From: Podarcis melisellensis
Lineage: Eukaryota
Assembly (NCBI GenBank): GCA_964234715.1
Contig: OZ174285.1
Direction: 5' to 3' (one strand)
Length of the DNA stretch: 64,000 nt
Notes under the pieces: generated by a model
Database searches by the model: none
Told to the model about the DNA's origin: nothing
The model's input: only the letters and a program-made list of their open reading frames with translations
Part shown: positions 1-13,170 of the stretch, piece after piece
Layout: every line of letters begins with the position of its first letter
Numbering within the stretch: the first letter of the stretch is position 1
Made by a program: the position numbers and the translations under genes

Positions 1-643
1 TCCACTCGCTTTAAGAGTCATTCTCTCCCCCCCCCCTTAGCAATTTAGAAAAACACTAGTTCATTTTTGCATTGTATACTATTATTTTCACATCACAGAT
101 GTTATACCTGATTAACACATTTTATATTGTATTTTTAAGTATTTGCTGTGTTTCCTATTTAGCTATATTTAACACATGCATTTTTTCCATTATTGGGTAA
201 AATACCTACTCTTTTATGACGAAATGATTTTGTAGCAACAGGGTGATTTTTAAAATACTGATGAACACAGTATATTTTGTTCGCCCTGTAAGTTTAAAAC
301 AAAACAGGTGGGGAGGGGGATCTTTACTTGATATAGCTCCAAAAGAGTTCATATGTTCAACTGTTGTTTCTTTTCAGCAATAACAGTGGAAGGCTATTGT
401 AAAATTTCCAAAGCATTCCCTTGGCCATCAGAATACGTATTCCGCTGAAAAGAAATCACTTGCCTCAGTACTATTTTTGTCATATCTGAAAATAAAGTAT
501 TTTTTGTGTTAGTATTCCAATTTGCCAGTCGCAGAGCCTTTTTTTAAAAAAAAAACGTGTGTGTGTGTTATTTAAATCAGCATAGAAAGGCGAGTAAGGG
601 AGAAGTTAGATATAACAATACTTATTTTTCAAAAATCTTTTAG

Positions 644-773
644 CAAAGTCTCCTCGGAGGTGACATGGAAATGGGCAACCCAGGCGCTCTCTCACCCACC
701 AAACCTGGCTCTCAGTACTATCAGTATTCTAGCAATAATCCGCGAAGAAGGCCTCTGCACAGTACCTCTGTGG
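644..773 (+). CDS. TCF4: TCF4 internal coding exon (130 nt; [43 protein letters not shown] + first base of the Glu codon); N-terminal half of the bipartite NLS
   Basis: Acceptor ttttag|CAA at 643/644 and donor GTGG|gtgagt at 773/774. Translation is nearly identical to human TCF4 [43 protein letters not shown] (recalled). Confidence 0.97.
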
Positions 774-941
774 GTGAGTTACTTTGTGCCACTTTTCTCC
801 ACATTTCTAAAAGGAAACTTAGACTGAACTTCTGTCTTGCAAGTAATTAATAATAAATGCTAGCTCAGTGCTGAATCTTAGACTGGAGGGTGTGAGCCTG
901 CAAACATACATCTTACAGCCACACTTGTCTTCTTTTTTCAG

Positions 942-991
942 AAGTACAAACAAAGAAAGTTCGAAAGGTTCCTCCAGGTTTACCATCTTCA
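942..991 (+). CDS. TCF4: TCF4 internal coding exon (50 nt; (E)VQTKKVRKVPPGLPSS); C-terminal half of the NLS
   Basis: Acceptor tcttttttcag|AA at 941/942 and donor TCA|gtaagt at 991/992. The phase-1 junction with the previous exon gives GAA (E). KKVRKVPPGLPSS is an E-protein signature. Confidence 0.97.
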
Positions 992-1608
992 GTAAGTACT
1001 CCTTGTCTGTCTTACCGTTTGCAGTTCCACTGGTTCCTTTGATTAACATGTTTTCAAATGAAACAGATTCCTATCCTAAACGTTTTTTTGTTTTGTTTTG
1101 GTTTTCTCCATCATCATGTCGGCAGACAAAACAGAGAAGTCTATAAAATTCTGACCTGTGGGAATAAAAAGTTTTGGTGGGTGTTGTTGCATTATTATTT
1201 TTTAGTGTATATAAATAGAACTCTGAAAAAGTGCCTTTAGTTTGGGTAGCTTTACCAGTATGCGATTCCAGATAGAATACGCATTAGCTTCACGTGCGGG
1301 TTAACTTCTTTGTCAGTATTATGATGATTTATGGATTTGCATGTTAAAAGAGATTTGTGGAGAGGGATTTATGAAACATTTACATGGGTCTCAGCCCAGA
1401 ATAGAAGGAGGACGTCTTCATTTTCCACTGAAGTTTTTGAATTAGGACTTTGAGCATACCTGCTCAAATAGCTTTCTCAGTGTGTGTGATTTCCAGGTGT
1501 CAAACCAGTTGACTCCAGGTGTTACCAAAGGAATTATGGGCTATGGTAATAAATGAAGTCACATTTAATACCCTGATTGTCGTCCTGTCCCCCCCTTCTT
1601 TTTAGGAA

Positions 1609-1610
<2 letters not shown>

Positions 1611-1640
<30 letters not shown>
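1611..1640. repeat. (TG)n microsatellite
   Basis: About 15 TG units. Confidence 0.95.
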
Positions 1641-1643
<3 letters not shown>

Positions 1644-4600
1644 TCCTAATCAACTACCTGCACATATTTAGACTGTGTTTGCAATAAAGGCTAGATATGC
1701 TTTTTCATATTATAATGCCCTTGCGTTCATGCAGCAAATAATTGGCTCCTGTATGAGTTGGATTTTGTTTTGCGTTCTTCTTTTAAAAATAAAAAATGCT
1801 GATGTGTAAATAAACAGTATGATCTGTTTTAAAACAGCTACCTTATTGATTAATTTGTAGATAAGTAACAACAATGCACCGTAGTGCAGCAGAGCGACAA
1901 ATACTTTGAGATCTAAGAATTAAAAATATTTGACTTTGCTACTAGTAGTAGTAGTATTGTGGAGATGTGTATTGCGGGAGTGGGGGGTTACAAGGGAGTG
2001 CAATCAAAAATTCACCAACATCAGAGCAATCCTACAGGTTTTTCTGAAATTACTTTGGCATAGCACTTATTAATGTGATCATAAATTAGATGGACTTTCA
2101 AATCAATAGCAAAACCTTCATATTATAAACTAGTACTTTTAATTTCCGTTTTTGCCATTGTCATATCAGTAAGTGACTGAAGCTAGGAAAGGAATTAAAT
2201 GAACATGTTTAATTAATATAGCAATAGTGATATGGGTATGTGAACCCTTGGGCAGACTGCTGACAGTACTTAAGAAGTAAAAATAAAAGTTGACAACAAC
2301 AAAAACGTTGCTGTTTTTCACTAACAGAGAGAAAAAATGAGGACAAATTTAAAATTAGATTGCATAAATGTTTCTTGCTTTGTTTCTTTAAAGAAATCAT
2401 GGATTTTTTTACAATCCAAAGGATTTTAGGTGGTTCACTTTTCGTTAATGGCGTCTTTACTTGAAACTTTAGCTTCTAATAGCTTTTAAGAGAACTCGGA
2501 TGATAAATACATATTGCTGCTTCTCAAATTTTGAATCAGGCCAGTACGTAACACTTTATACACCTTTTTGTAATTTGTATATGTCTAGAATGCTTAAATT
2601 TTAATAAAATGTAGTGCCGTATTTTCTTCATTTAAAAATACGTACATAAAGATTCATTTTTTTCAGATAAATTCTGATAGAAAAATCATGTGCCTCTGTA
2701 TTTTTAATGCTCATTTTCTCCCATATCTGTACACTTTACTGTGTAGAACCTGTTTGACTGGGACATATTTCCATTTAGAAAGCTAAACGCATGCAGGGCA
2801 GTGAAATGGCTACAACTGTAAAGAAAGAGGACTGCTGTGATGATGTAAAAACATCAGATTGGTTGCCATTTCCATTTAAGGGTTAGAACTCTGTTGTTAT
2901 TATTTCCCTTGCAGACATTTCAGGCATTTGGCTGTTTCTTTGAACCAAAAAGAACAAAATAAGTTTAAAAAAGAATTAGCCAATTAGGATTCCTTAATTC
3001 CTAGCAAAATTTGTTCTTTGAGTTACAAAGTTTGGATTCCGTAGTTCATTTTGCTTTTTGCACACATTGAAACCTATTGTTTGAAATATAAAAACCAGAG
3101 GGAAAAAACAATTTTGCCACAAATGATTTCCTTGAAATTCAAATGACCTGATGCTATTATTGGGAGATATATCAGGTTATCCAGAACTGTGTGTGTGTGT
3201 CTAATAATTGTTCCTTAACATATTTGAACAAACAACTAATCACCTTCATGATCAAAATATGTTGTGATTTTTTTTTATCAGTAGTTAAAATGCAAAGATT
3301 TTCAAAATGGTACTATACTCTATTAAAGGGCAAAATATTTTTTTAAATAATTCATCTTATCACATTATAGTAGATGATGCTATTATGTTGGATAAACAGT
3401 ACTCATTTATAAATTGACTAAACAGATTATATTGTACTTAGCTGATAGAATGAAAATATTATTCTCTTTCTATTAAAATATGGGTATTAAACTGTCACTG
3501 AATATTCATACAATTGTCTATAAAGGGCTTCAGGAGTTGTGTTAATGCACAGATGTCTATGACAAATTTCCATGGCTATATAGAGAGAAGAGACAGAGAG
3601 AGTAAGACAAACAAACAAACAAACAAACATTTTCTGGAAAGGTACTAAGCTCTTTGTCTTTTTATTTCGGGGGTGGGGGGGGCTTTCAGAAGTAAGACCA
3701 CTGGCTTGACTCAGTTTTAAGCAGTTAGCTCCTTCCTGCATAAGCATAATTTCAGTACTTTGTCACTATGGGCAAAGATAAAGATAATCCCTGGATCATC
3801 AGTAGTCTGGGTTATTCTTTGTGGATATGCTGGGTTGCGGGAAGAATCGCCTGATCTCAGATTTGGCTCCAATATTGCTATTCTTCATCCAAGCTTTTAA
3901 AATGTGTGTGTACGGCGTGCATGTAAGTGGCTATGAAATAATTGCAGATATGAGTCTTGAGACACACACCCGGAAGCTTTTATGAATGGACATTCCTGGC
4001 GACTGGGGCTTTCGGAAATATGTTCCTGAACTTGTTCCCCCCACTGCTTTCCTACACACCTGCCATGCACAACATGTAGCGTCCGAACCAAGCCTCAGTT
4101 TCGCTGTCTCCTCCTTCTCCTCCTCCTGTGGATGGAGGAGGAATTGCTTCTTTGTTTAGAAGGAACAATGGCGACTAGCAATAACATTAATATCTGAAAA
4201 CATGCTTGCCATTGGTTTTGGGCTATTACATTTCTATACATGTAAATTAGTCCCCAGCTCCCTTCACACAGCTTTTTCATGGCATTGGTCCCAAGGGGCT
4301 TGAGCTGTGTACGGATTTTGCGACCATATAAGCACAGGTAATTATGTGGTTCTTTCCCATATGATCTGCACCTCCCAGCCAATTACCTGCAGCTATAGGG
4401 AATTACATAATGGGAAAGATGTTGCCTTGCCTCCCTACTTACGGCTACATGAGAAAGGAGACCTCTTTCAATTAACTCCCAAGAAGCGCATTAAGGGCAT
4501 TCTATGGATGTGAATTATGCAGTCATTCTAAAACAACCTCAGGCGGAAACTTTGCATAGAGCATTCAGGTTTTTGCTTCTTTCTTTTTGGGGGCTGTCTC

Positions 4601-7600
4601 ATCAACTAGACCTGCAGTCCTCACAGCAGCCTGATGATGCTAGTCCCATTCATTTCAGCGGTGCATCACTTTGATGATTAGATTTTACAAGGCAGGGGTG
4701 TGGGACTTAGCCGTGCCATGTGCCTCCTGCACTGCTCAGGTAATGTATAAACCAGGCCGTTAAGTGACAAACAGAGTTAAGAAAGGTACATAGCCCAAAC
4801 TGCTCTTTACTTGGAACGTAGTTTTGTTATTCAGCATGAAGGGAAAAGCCCTTAATACATGTGTGGATTGCCCGGGCATGTACTTTCAGCCGAGCTGAAT
4901 CTTAGCTGGTGTTTGCTTTTACGTCTACCAAGTGTATGCGTGAAACTAAGAATTAATTAATTTTACTCTTCATTCATAGACCATACATTTCAAAAAGGTA
5001 ACATCCACTTAGTGCAACAGGCATCATATTCTTTCTGTGCCATTTACCCATATACACAGGGACTCCGGAATTTTGTGCCCTCGCAGATGAGTTTATTAGA
5101 TGTAATAAAAGGCTTCTTTAGAACTCAGAAAAAACAAAAAAGAAAGAGATGAAAACTTTGGCAGTACTCACCAGGCAGGGTGTCTCGATTCTTGGCAGCT
5201 TTTTCAACTGTTTATCTATCCTAAACAGGGACTAAATTTAGAATGAAAGGTGTGTTTTTAGCTTCTTCAAAGCACTGAGTTTATTTGAATTTTTAGAGGG
5301 AGGGGTGGAAATCAGAGAGCTGATCTGGAACAGTTAACCATGTACAGAAGTTTCCCACACACATTCCACACCCAAATGTCTTTTTTCATTTTCTGCCCTA
5401 GAAAATTTAATAAAGATCTTTGTGATCTGGCTGTATTGTATTTATATGAAAAGACTGTCCAGGTGCAGAGATAAGATCGCGGTATTTAAATAGCACGGAA
5501 GACCATAACTGTGTTTTAATTAATAAACCCCTTAATGTTAAAAGACTTAGAGCATGAAGTCATGGAATTTCAATAACGGGATAATACAAACAAACAAACA
5601 AAGCAAGATCCTAACATGGAACATAATGTGTGAAATGCTCAGAACTAAAACTGTACAGTAAAGTGCAACTGAACGTTATGAAATTTAGTCTTCAGGTGCA
5701 ACATGCAACAGTTGGAAATAATCATCTGAAAAAATGAAATGGATTACAGTATTGTTTCTCTCTTTCCTCTCTGCTCTCCATAAAATAGTATAATATTGAT
5801 ATCCCCATCTATTTTTAGTCATCTAAAATACAGAGAACTGTTTTATCACAAAAATAGCCAGCCAGCACTGTTCCAACTGGAATATGACATTGCACAATAA
5901 ATTTCAACTTTCTTTTGTCAGAGCTAATTTTAAACTTCCTTTTGCTCGCTAACCTATTTAAAAGCAAGATTCCAGTCCTTATAATCGCTGAGAAAGTTTG
6001 AAAAAAAGTAGCATCTGCTCAGTTTTCAATAGCCATTGCCACAGTTACTGGCATTTCCCATGGCTTTCTGTAAATAGATTTAAGAAATCAACGTTGGAAT
6101 ACACCTATTTTTTTTAAGCAAATGATCGGTAAAGTTTAAGATCAAGAAAACTTCCCTAAGATAGGAGAGCAGAAAAGAATATTGCTTAAGAATATCCCTC
6201 TGTTTATCTGTTTGAAATTCATGTTTGTTCCTGTATGGTAGAAAGGGGTGGTCTGAATGTATAGGAGGCCAAAACTTTGCTGAGACTCAGCATGCCTTGT
6301 TCTGGTCAGTGCCTTGGATTCCATAATAGAAACAAATTTAAGAAAATTAAACCAATAAAATAATAATATATTTGTGTGCTCTGCCATACCCATACAAACT
6401 GGGTTGGATGAAGATTTTGTTCCTGTAAGTGGGAGAATTTCTGGAGTCAAGTTATGCTTAGAGGACACTAGTAGATAGTGGGGTTGACTTTTTGATGATT
6501 CTCGTCAGCCTCCATTTTCACCTCCCACACTGTTGTGGAAGTTTGGGGAGTTGACACAAGCAGCTTTTCCATCCATGGAAGGAAAAGTCTGGGCCCGTTC
6601 TATATGTGCCCCTCTGTTTCCCTGGCAATAGTAGCTGGCATCAGAGTTTACTGCCATCAACCGTGTCCCTGAGCGCTCCTATTCTTTTCCTGGTGGGGTG
6701 AATAAGAACTGTTACTTATATGCGAGAAAATAACAAAAGGGACTTAAGCAAGAGAAGATGAACCTCTCTGTTGTTTCCTTGGTGTTTGCTTCAAGACACC
6801 AGTTGCTGGGGAACTCTAGTGGGGAGAACACTGTTATGCTCTTGTTCTGATTCCATAGGCCTCTGGTTGTCCACTGTGACAAGAAGACTAGATGAGCCTT
6901 TGGACTGATCCCTCAGGGTTCTCTCTACGTTTTCCAATTTCTAGGGGAGGGAGCATGCTGCCCCTCCCTGGCAATCAACTGGAGCCTTCTTTCTATTTAT
7001 AATAGAGGAGCATTAACTTATATGGGAGAAAGTGAGCAGGTTATAATTAGGACACACTGCGTTTTGGAAACACCCTTCCCAACACAAGTGATCCTTGTGT
7101 CTTGAGGAGAGACTGGTTCTGCCACCTCTTTCAGCTGTCTTTATTATTTTCTCATCGATATCAGTGGGCACTGGGAACTATTGAGAGTCTAGGTCATCCC
7201 TTCCTGCAGACCCCTGCCCTGGGTTCCCTTTGGTGGCTTTGCCATATATTGCAACAAGCACACAAATTCTGTCATCTGGCTCATTGATATCTGTATCTCT
7301 ATAAATATGCAAAATTCTCTACATGTGCAATAAGAAAGCACATGTATGCACACATCTGAGTGGTTGCCATTCTTTCCATTGCCAGCCATTTCTGGAATTA
7401 TATCATGTACTTTTGGCCCAGAATATATATGCTTTCTGAATCTGCATGAGATCGCATAATAGTCTGCATAAAAATGGACTGATCAGTGGGATAGATTAAA
7501 TCTTGTTTTACCATCTGAGATGGCTTAATTGACTAAGAGCACTGATATTACTAGTTCCAAATTCAAAACATCTGTAAATGAGTTTATACACCAAAGTTTA

Positions 7601-8023
7601 TTTACCCAAGACCCAAGTGGGATTGGTTCTATTAATATTCAGTATTGCACTTGTGTTTTATTGCTTATAATACAGTGCGTGTTTTCTTACCATAGTTTGT
7701 AGCTGGGTTTGGTTGTATTTCCATGGAAGGTCCTTTCATAAGGGACCCACATACGGTATATTTGTGGTTGCCATGTAACTGTTCCTACACCAACTTGTGG
7801 GAGAGGTAGGAATTTAGTCTTGGACACCAAAATGAGCTTCAAGGCACTGAGAGTGCCTCGGAAGAGCAGTGAGATCATAAAATTGTAGATCTAATTCACA
7901 CGTTCAAAATCAGCTCTACTCATGGGCCCATGATTGCACTGAGAGTGTAATTTGCAAACTGGCTTGTCCAAGATATAACATGATGATGGAAATCACCACT
8001 GAAGTACTCAAGGATAGAGTGTT

Positions 8024-8399
8024 GGGCTCTATTCAGATGTCACACTGAACCATGGTTTGTTTTACATCTGAACACTTGAACCTATTTTTAAAAATGCTGA
8101 AGCGAAAGCAGAAAACTCAACTACTAAAATCAGTGAAAGTTCCACTGATAGGATAAGAGAGGGAAGAAGTCCAGGTGCTTAAAGAAAAGGAAAAAGAAAC
8201 CAATCATGTCGGATGCATTTCATTATTCTACCTCAAGAGGCTGCTGCAACTGTGGAGGAGGAGAAGTTGCTGTACCTCAAGTCTCTGCTAAATCATGGAG
8301 ATGAGAGTAAACTTTAAAAGTTAAATGCTGATGAGATGGAAAATGAAAGCAGACAAGCAGCGCTGAACCATGGTTTGGTGTGCTTTCTGAACTAAGCCC
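8024..8399. mobile_element. Old palindromic MITE (terminal GGGC...TTCAGA...AACCATGGTTT family)
   Basis: Imperfect TIRs gggctctattcagatgtcacactgaaccatggttt / aaccatggtttggtgtgctttctgaactaagccc. Related to elements at about 44.3-45.0 kb and 53.4-53.8 kb. Confidence 0.6.
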
Positions 8400-9210
8400 T
8401 TGATGCCTTTAGAAGTTCAAGACATTTCTGTCACTCTTCTGAGCATCATCTGTTCTATCGATTGATTCTTCGTGGAATCCTTAAAATCTCAGTACCTTAC
8501 ATTCCTTTCTTTTTCTTTTAAAAAAGAACTTTCAGTTTTCATGCTTGTAGAGATAAACTTCAAAATGTGTCTAATAATAAAAAACCAACTTGCTGTTTTT
8601 CAAATGTCATGGCTTCTAATTGCATTTTATTATTCTAGACCAAGGCAGCTGTTGCTGTTTTGCTTTTGGATATTTACCATGGAAGTATTGACCTTTGTAG
8701 CTCTCCCTTTTGAAAATTGTGATCATTTTTGAAATATTAGTCCATACCTGACAGGTCTTTGAGTCTCCTTCCTTTTCTCCTAGAAGTCAGTGACTGATCT
8801 GGAAGGTTAAAGGGCCTCAGTTTTCTGAAAGCTTTCCTTTCCTTTGGACCACATAGAGGCAGGTCTTGTCTTCTGGGCAGTCCAGAACCTCCATAGACAG
8901 TGCCCAGGCTTGCATCCAGAGGAGGTCACTTCGGTGCTGCTAACACACTGGTTTGCCCTCACCCCTGGAGGCATACTCCATTGTCTCTCGAGACAGACAG
9001 ATGTCAACAACAAAATGATGATGAATCTCTTCAAACTATAGGAAACATACTGCTTAAGTAATACAAATAAAACTGTTCATTTTACAATTTTGCTTATAAT
9101 TTTGTAGGTGAAATTCATCCATGTTCCAGCTGCCCCTCTCTAGATAGAAGACCATCTGCTTTGTTATGAACTAACTGCAGTTTTCAGTACCTCTTCAAAG
9201 CCTGCTCCAT

Positions 9211-9361
9211 GCCTGTAGTTCAGTGGCTGAGTATCTTGCTTTGCATGCACAATGCCCTAGTTTCATCCCCTAGGGAAGACTCCCTACCTGAAACCTTTGG
9301 GAGCCACTGTTGGTGTAGGCAGTAATGAACTAGATGGGCTGGCTCAATATAAGGCAACACC
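9211..9361 (+). mobile_element. tRNA(Ala)-derived squamate SINE (Squam2/AnolisSINE2-like), degraded
   Basis: tRNA-like head ctgtagttcagtggctgagtatcttgctttgcatgc and body gaaacctttgggagccactg...tagatgggc...ataaggcaac. Same family as 11103-11297. Confidence 0.7.
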
Positions 9362-10075
9362 CTATTGCAGTAATCCAGTCTTGAGGTTAGCAAAATGTGA
9401 CCAAGCTACCTCTGTCCAGGATGTGTTTGTGTACCAGCCTAAGCTATTTGAAAATGCTCAGTACCACTAAGGCCACTCTGGTACCCAAGCTGAAGCTATG
9501 AACACTCCCAAACTCTGAATCTGATCATTTATGAGAGGTCAACCCATCTAGAAGAGCAGGAATGCCCACACCCTTGACATCAATAGCAACTCTATCTTGT
9601 AAGGATTCATCTTCAGTATGCTGCAATTCCACTTCCTCACCTGATTGCCTTGAAGGAAGCATTAATACATTTCAATCAATCTCACTCAGCTGTTTCAGGT
9701 GTATGTTAAAGCATGGAGGACAAGATAGAGTCCCCTTGAAACCCTGCAGCATAATTGCCATGGGGTCAAACAGAAGACCACCTTCTGGAATCGTCTCTCC
9801 AGGGTAGGAATGGAGCCACCAACCCACTGTGCATACAGATCCCAACACCCAGAGCCTATCCAGGAGGATATCATGGTCAATGCTATCAAGCACACCACTA
9901 AGAGATCCCAGAGAACCAACAGTGTTGTCCTCCGCTGTACCAAAAACAGGTCTGAAACTAGATTGAAACAGATCCAGGTAGTCCTCTGTTCACACAGATA
10001 TATCCTGTGAATTTCCCCAACTCTGTCCTTAATGAACCCAGCAGTTAAGAATATTTGCCACTTACCCAACGACCC
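9362..10075 (-). mobile_element. Degraded L2-clade LINE ORF2 fragment (RT domain)
   Basis: Frameshifted minus-strand peptides YLDLFQSSFRP, DSIDHDILLDRL, PCFNIHLKQLSE, LKMNPYKIE, IQSLGV and LTSRLDYCN match L2 RT motifs (LDPFQSGFR, FDTIDHxILL, LFNIYMKPL, LNPxKTE, TSRLDYCN). Confidence 0.8.
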
Positions 10076-11102
10076 CTGCTAAATCCACCTCACAAAGGGG
10101 GGGGGATCACAATACCCTCTTTTTTTGGCAGGCACGCTATCGTCAGTTGCCATGAACGATGGGGTTTCCCTGGAGTTAGAGATGTGCTTTGTGCACCAAT
10201 TTGCCACTGACCTAGTGAGGCCCCGAGGTAACTTGAATTGGAAATGGCAGCTTGTTCTACCAGTGAATGCCAGTCCTGCTGAGATCCCATTATAGATTTG
10301 GTGGAATTTCAGCAAAGGTAGTGGTGACAGATGAGGACATAGCCGACCTACTGTTTCGTTAGAGAGGAATATTAAAAGCAAAGATGGAAGAGGTGTGAGT
10401 TCAGTCTAAAGATGGAGTAGATTAACCCAGTGGAAACAAACTCAGCTTTAGAGGAAAGAAAGCAGAAAAGAGAGAGTTGTTCGAGAAAACTGAAACTGAA
10501 GGAGGGGAAGAAAACAACTAGTTCCGTGGCTTTGCTCTCTTTTGGAGATGGGAAAACTTTTTAAGAGTGTCCAGTTAGTGTTCTTTGCTAACTCTACAGC
10601 AGGGAAGTCTCATGCCACGGCAGTGTGTTGTTGAGCAGTTTGTAGTTTCCCTGTGTTCAGACCAATTAATAACGTGTCAATTAATTATGTGGCCATGCAC
10701 CCATTTTTAGATAGGAACCTTCAGACCTGAACTCCACAACAGCTCCTTTAAATGAAAACTTGTGTCCCAAGGAGTCTTATAAAAAATAAGAGGCTGCAAT
10801 CTGAAGAAGTAATTTATGTGCGAATGAAAGAATCATGCTTTCTTAAATACTTTCTCTCCAACTTCTCCCACCCTGCCGAAGAAGCAAGCTCTGTTCCTTG
10901 GTGGCTTCTTGTCTGCTGAGTTACAAAAACATCCTGACAAAGGCAGACACAGCTGCTACATGCACAGTACTTTTCCTTTCATGCATGTGACTTCTCGTGA
11001 GTCAGGGTCACAGGCTCCAGGACTTGTTGCCTACTATTTGCCCATTGCTGCCTTTTACTGCATTGGCTGTTCTGTGCACTCCTGTTTCTTTCTATTGGGG
11101 AA

Positions 11103-11297
11103 GGGCCATGGCTCAGTGGGACAGCACCTGCTTTGTATGCAAACAGTTCCACATTCAATCTCTGGCATCCCCAGGTAGGGCAGAGAAACAGTCCAGCTTG
11201 AAAACAGTGGAGAGCTGCTGGTAGTCAGTGCAGGTAGTACTGAGCTCGGTAAACCGATGGTCTGACTCCGTACGAGGCAGCTTCCTATGTTCCTATG
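11103..11297 (+). mobile_element. tRNA(Ala)-derived squamate SINE (Squam2/AnolisSINE2-like), near full length
   Basis: A-box-like ggctcagtggg, ctgctttgtatgca, ttcaatctctggcatccccag, and tail ggcagcttcctatgttcctatg. Confidence 0.8.
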
Positions 11298-13104
11298 TAG
11301 GCTGTAAAACAGACACCACTTATTCTCATGCACTTGCTGAGATCGAACATGCAATGTGCCATTGTTTAATATACCTGTGTGATTATATCGTGGGGGCAAA
11401 CATGCTCCTAGAAAACAGGTTGCAGAATTGCAGTCAGTGAGTGTTGGCATGGGACACAGATACTGTCTCCCAATTTCTCCCTCTCTGTGTTTGTCTCCTT
11501 CACACAGTCTTGGCTTTAAGAGATGCCCTGCTGCTGGAAACCAAAATAAGCGACAAATAACCCCTATGGAAAAAGTGGGAAGGAGGCTGTCGTTGCGAAC
11601 TTGTATGGTTTAAAAAGTTAGGAACCTTCCGCTTTAAAATGAAGCAATTTGTAGAGGAGAATGTAGATACTACATTGTGTGTTTTGTTGCGTGATGAGCT
11701 TGTACTTGTGTGGCTCAAAATAAATAACTAGACCTGGAAGTAGCAGTTGTGACCATTGCATCCTGTTTCTCAGCAGCTACTAGCATAGGTGCATCGCTGT
11801 TAGGGCTCTGAGTTTTGCTTAAACATAGACTCCCTCTTCAGAGGAATATAGGTAATGCAGGGAACAGCATTTCTTAGAGGCAGAGGTTTTTGACCGTCAA
11901 ATATATAGTTCTGTTGCATTCATTATACTGAAACGGTGTATTTCCCAGTACTTTTATGTTTTAGGAAACTATTATATTAAAGGAAGCCCGCATAAGTTTA
12001 AAATATTTCTAATATTTATTTATTTTTGCATCTTACTTAATAGTGGGCTTCTCGGAATATGAGCAGCAATGGTGATTTTTAATTCTCCTTGCAGTCTCAT
12101 GAGAGCACAGGATTCGAGAATTGTTATACTTGTGAGAGAGTATTTCGAGGAAGCCTGAAGTGAAGTCAAACTGCACTTTGTGCCGAACAGCATCTCAGTT
12201 TAGCTTTTTAAAATTATATTCCAGTTGTTACTGCGGGGCCCGATCCTGCATAATGTATGTTAAACATCTGTTAAGGAATTTCTCGAAGCTCATGCACGAC
12301 TTTCTGTACGGCTAGACTTTAGCCCATAAATGAACCAGATCCTGTGCAAAGATCTAATACTGTTGATTCTTTTTCTTCTTATTATTTATGTGTTGTGGTT
12401 GAAACAGAACATACAGTCTTCTCAACCGATTAAAAGAAATGGGAAGTTTTTACGAATGTATGAATGGGGAAAATGGAAATTGTACTGTACAATAATGCAC
12501 CTTCTTAACTGTACAGGCAAGTATGAAGTTGTAAGCGAGATGTACACAGCAGGGGCATTTTCTGCTCTCATGGGAAACATCCATAGAATCCCCATTGTGG
12601 TTGCATGAGTGTAAGGGAACTTGGCATTTAATCCTCTCTTTGAACTTATCCCCTCAGGGAATGATTTCTAATACAAGAGATTTAGAGATATAAAAATAAC
12701 TACTTTCTGTAAGCACTAACACCAGATTCTTTTTACTGTGTTTTAAACATTCCTGCTAGACTTTAGCATCTTCATATTGTTGATTGGTGTGAGATATCAT
12801 AACTCAAGTGAAGAAGCTATTAAGAAATACTGTTTTTATACCTCCTTGTCTTCAGTTATATCTTCTGGATATTTTTTTTAAAATATCTATACAGCTTTTT
12901 GGGTTACTGTTTATTTGTAACTATTCTGGTTCGTTTTGGAATTTCATTATTATTATTATTTTATTTTAAAGTTGTAGTTGTAGATAAACCTTTGCTTAGG
13001 AATGCCAGATCAAACTACTGAAAACTAAAGGGCAGCGTGGTGTTCTTGTAGCCATGCATGGTTTTGATTTGTAATCATAATCTGAAATAAGACGTTAATG
13101 ACTG

Positions 13105-13170
13105 ATTATTTCATTTATTTTATTTCTATGCCACTTTTCATTCAAAAGAACCCCAAAGCGGCTTACAATC
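13105..13170 (-). mobile_element. L2-type 3' tail fragment
   Basis: (ATTT)n-like tail followed by ctatgccacttttc...aaagcggcttacaa, typical of reverse-oriented L2 or L2-dependent SINE ends. Confidence 0.5.

Noticed and set aside
665-850. ORF MEMGNPG...CLASN as a standalone protein
   Set aside because: Only 665-773 is TCF4 exon; the rest is read-through past the gtgagt donor.
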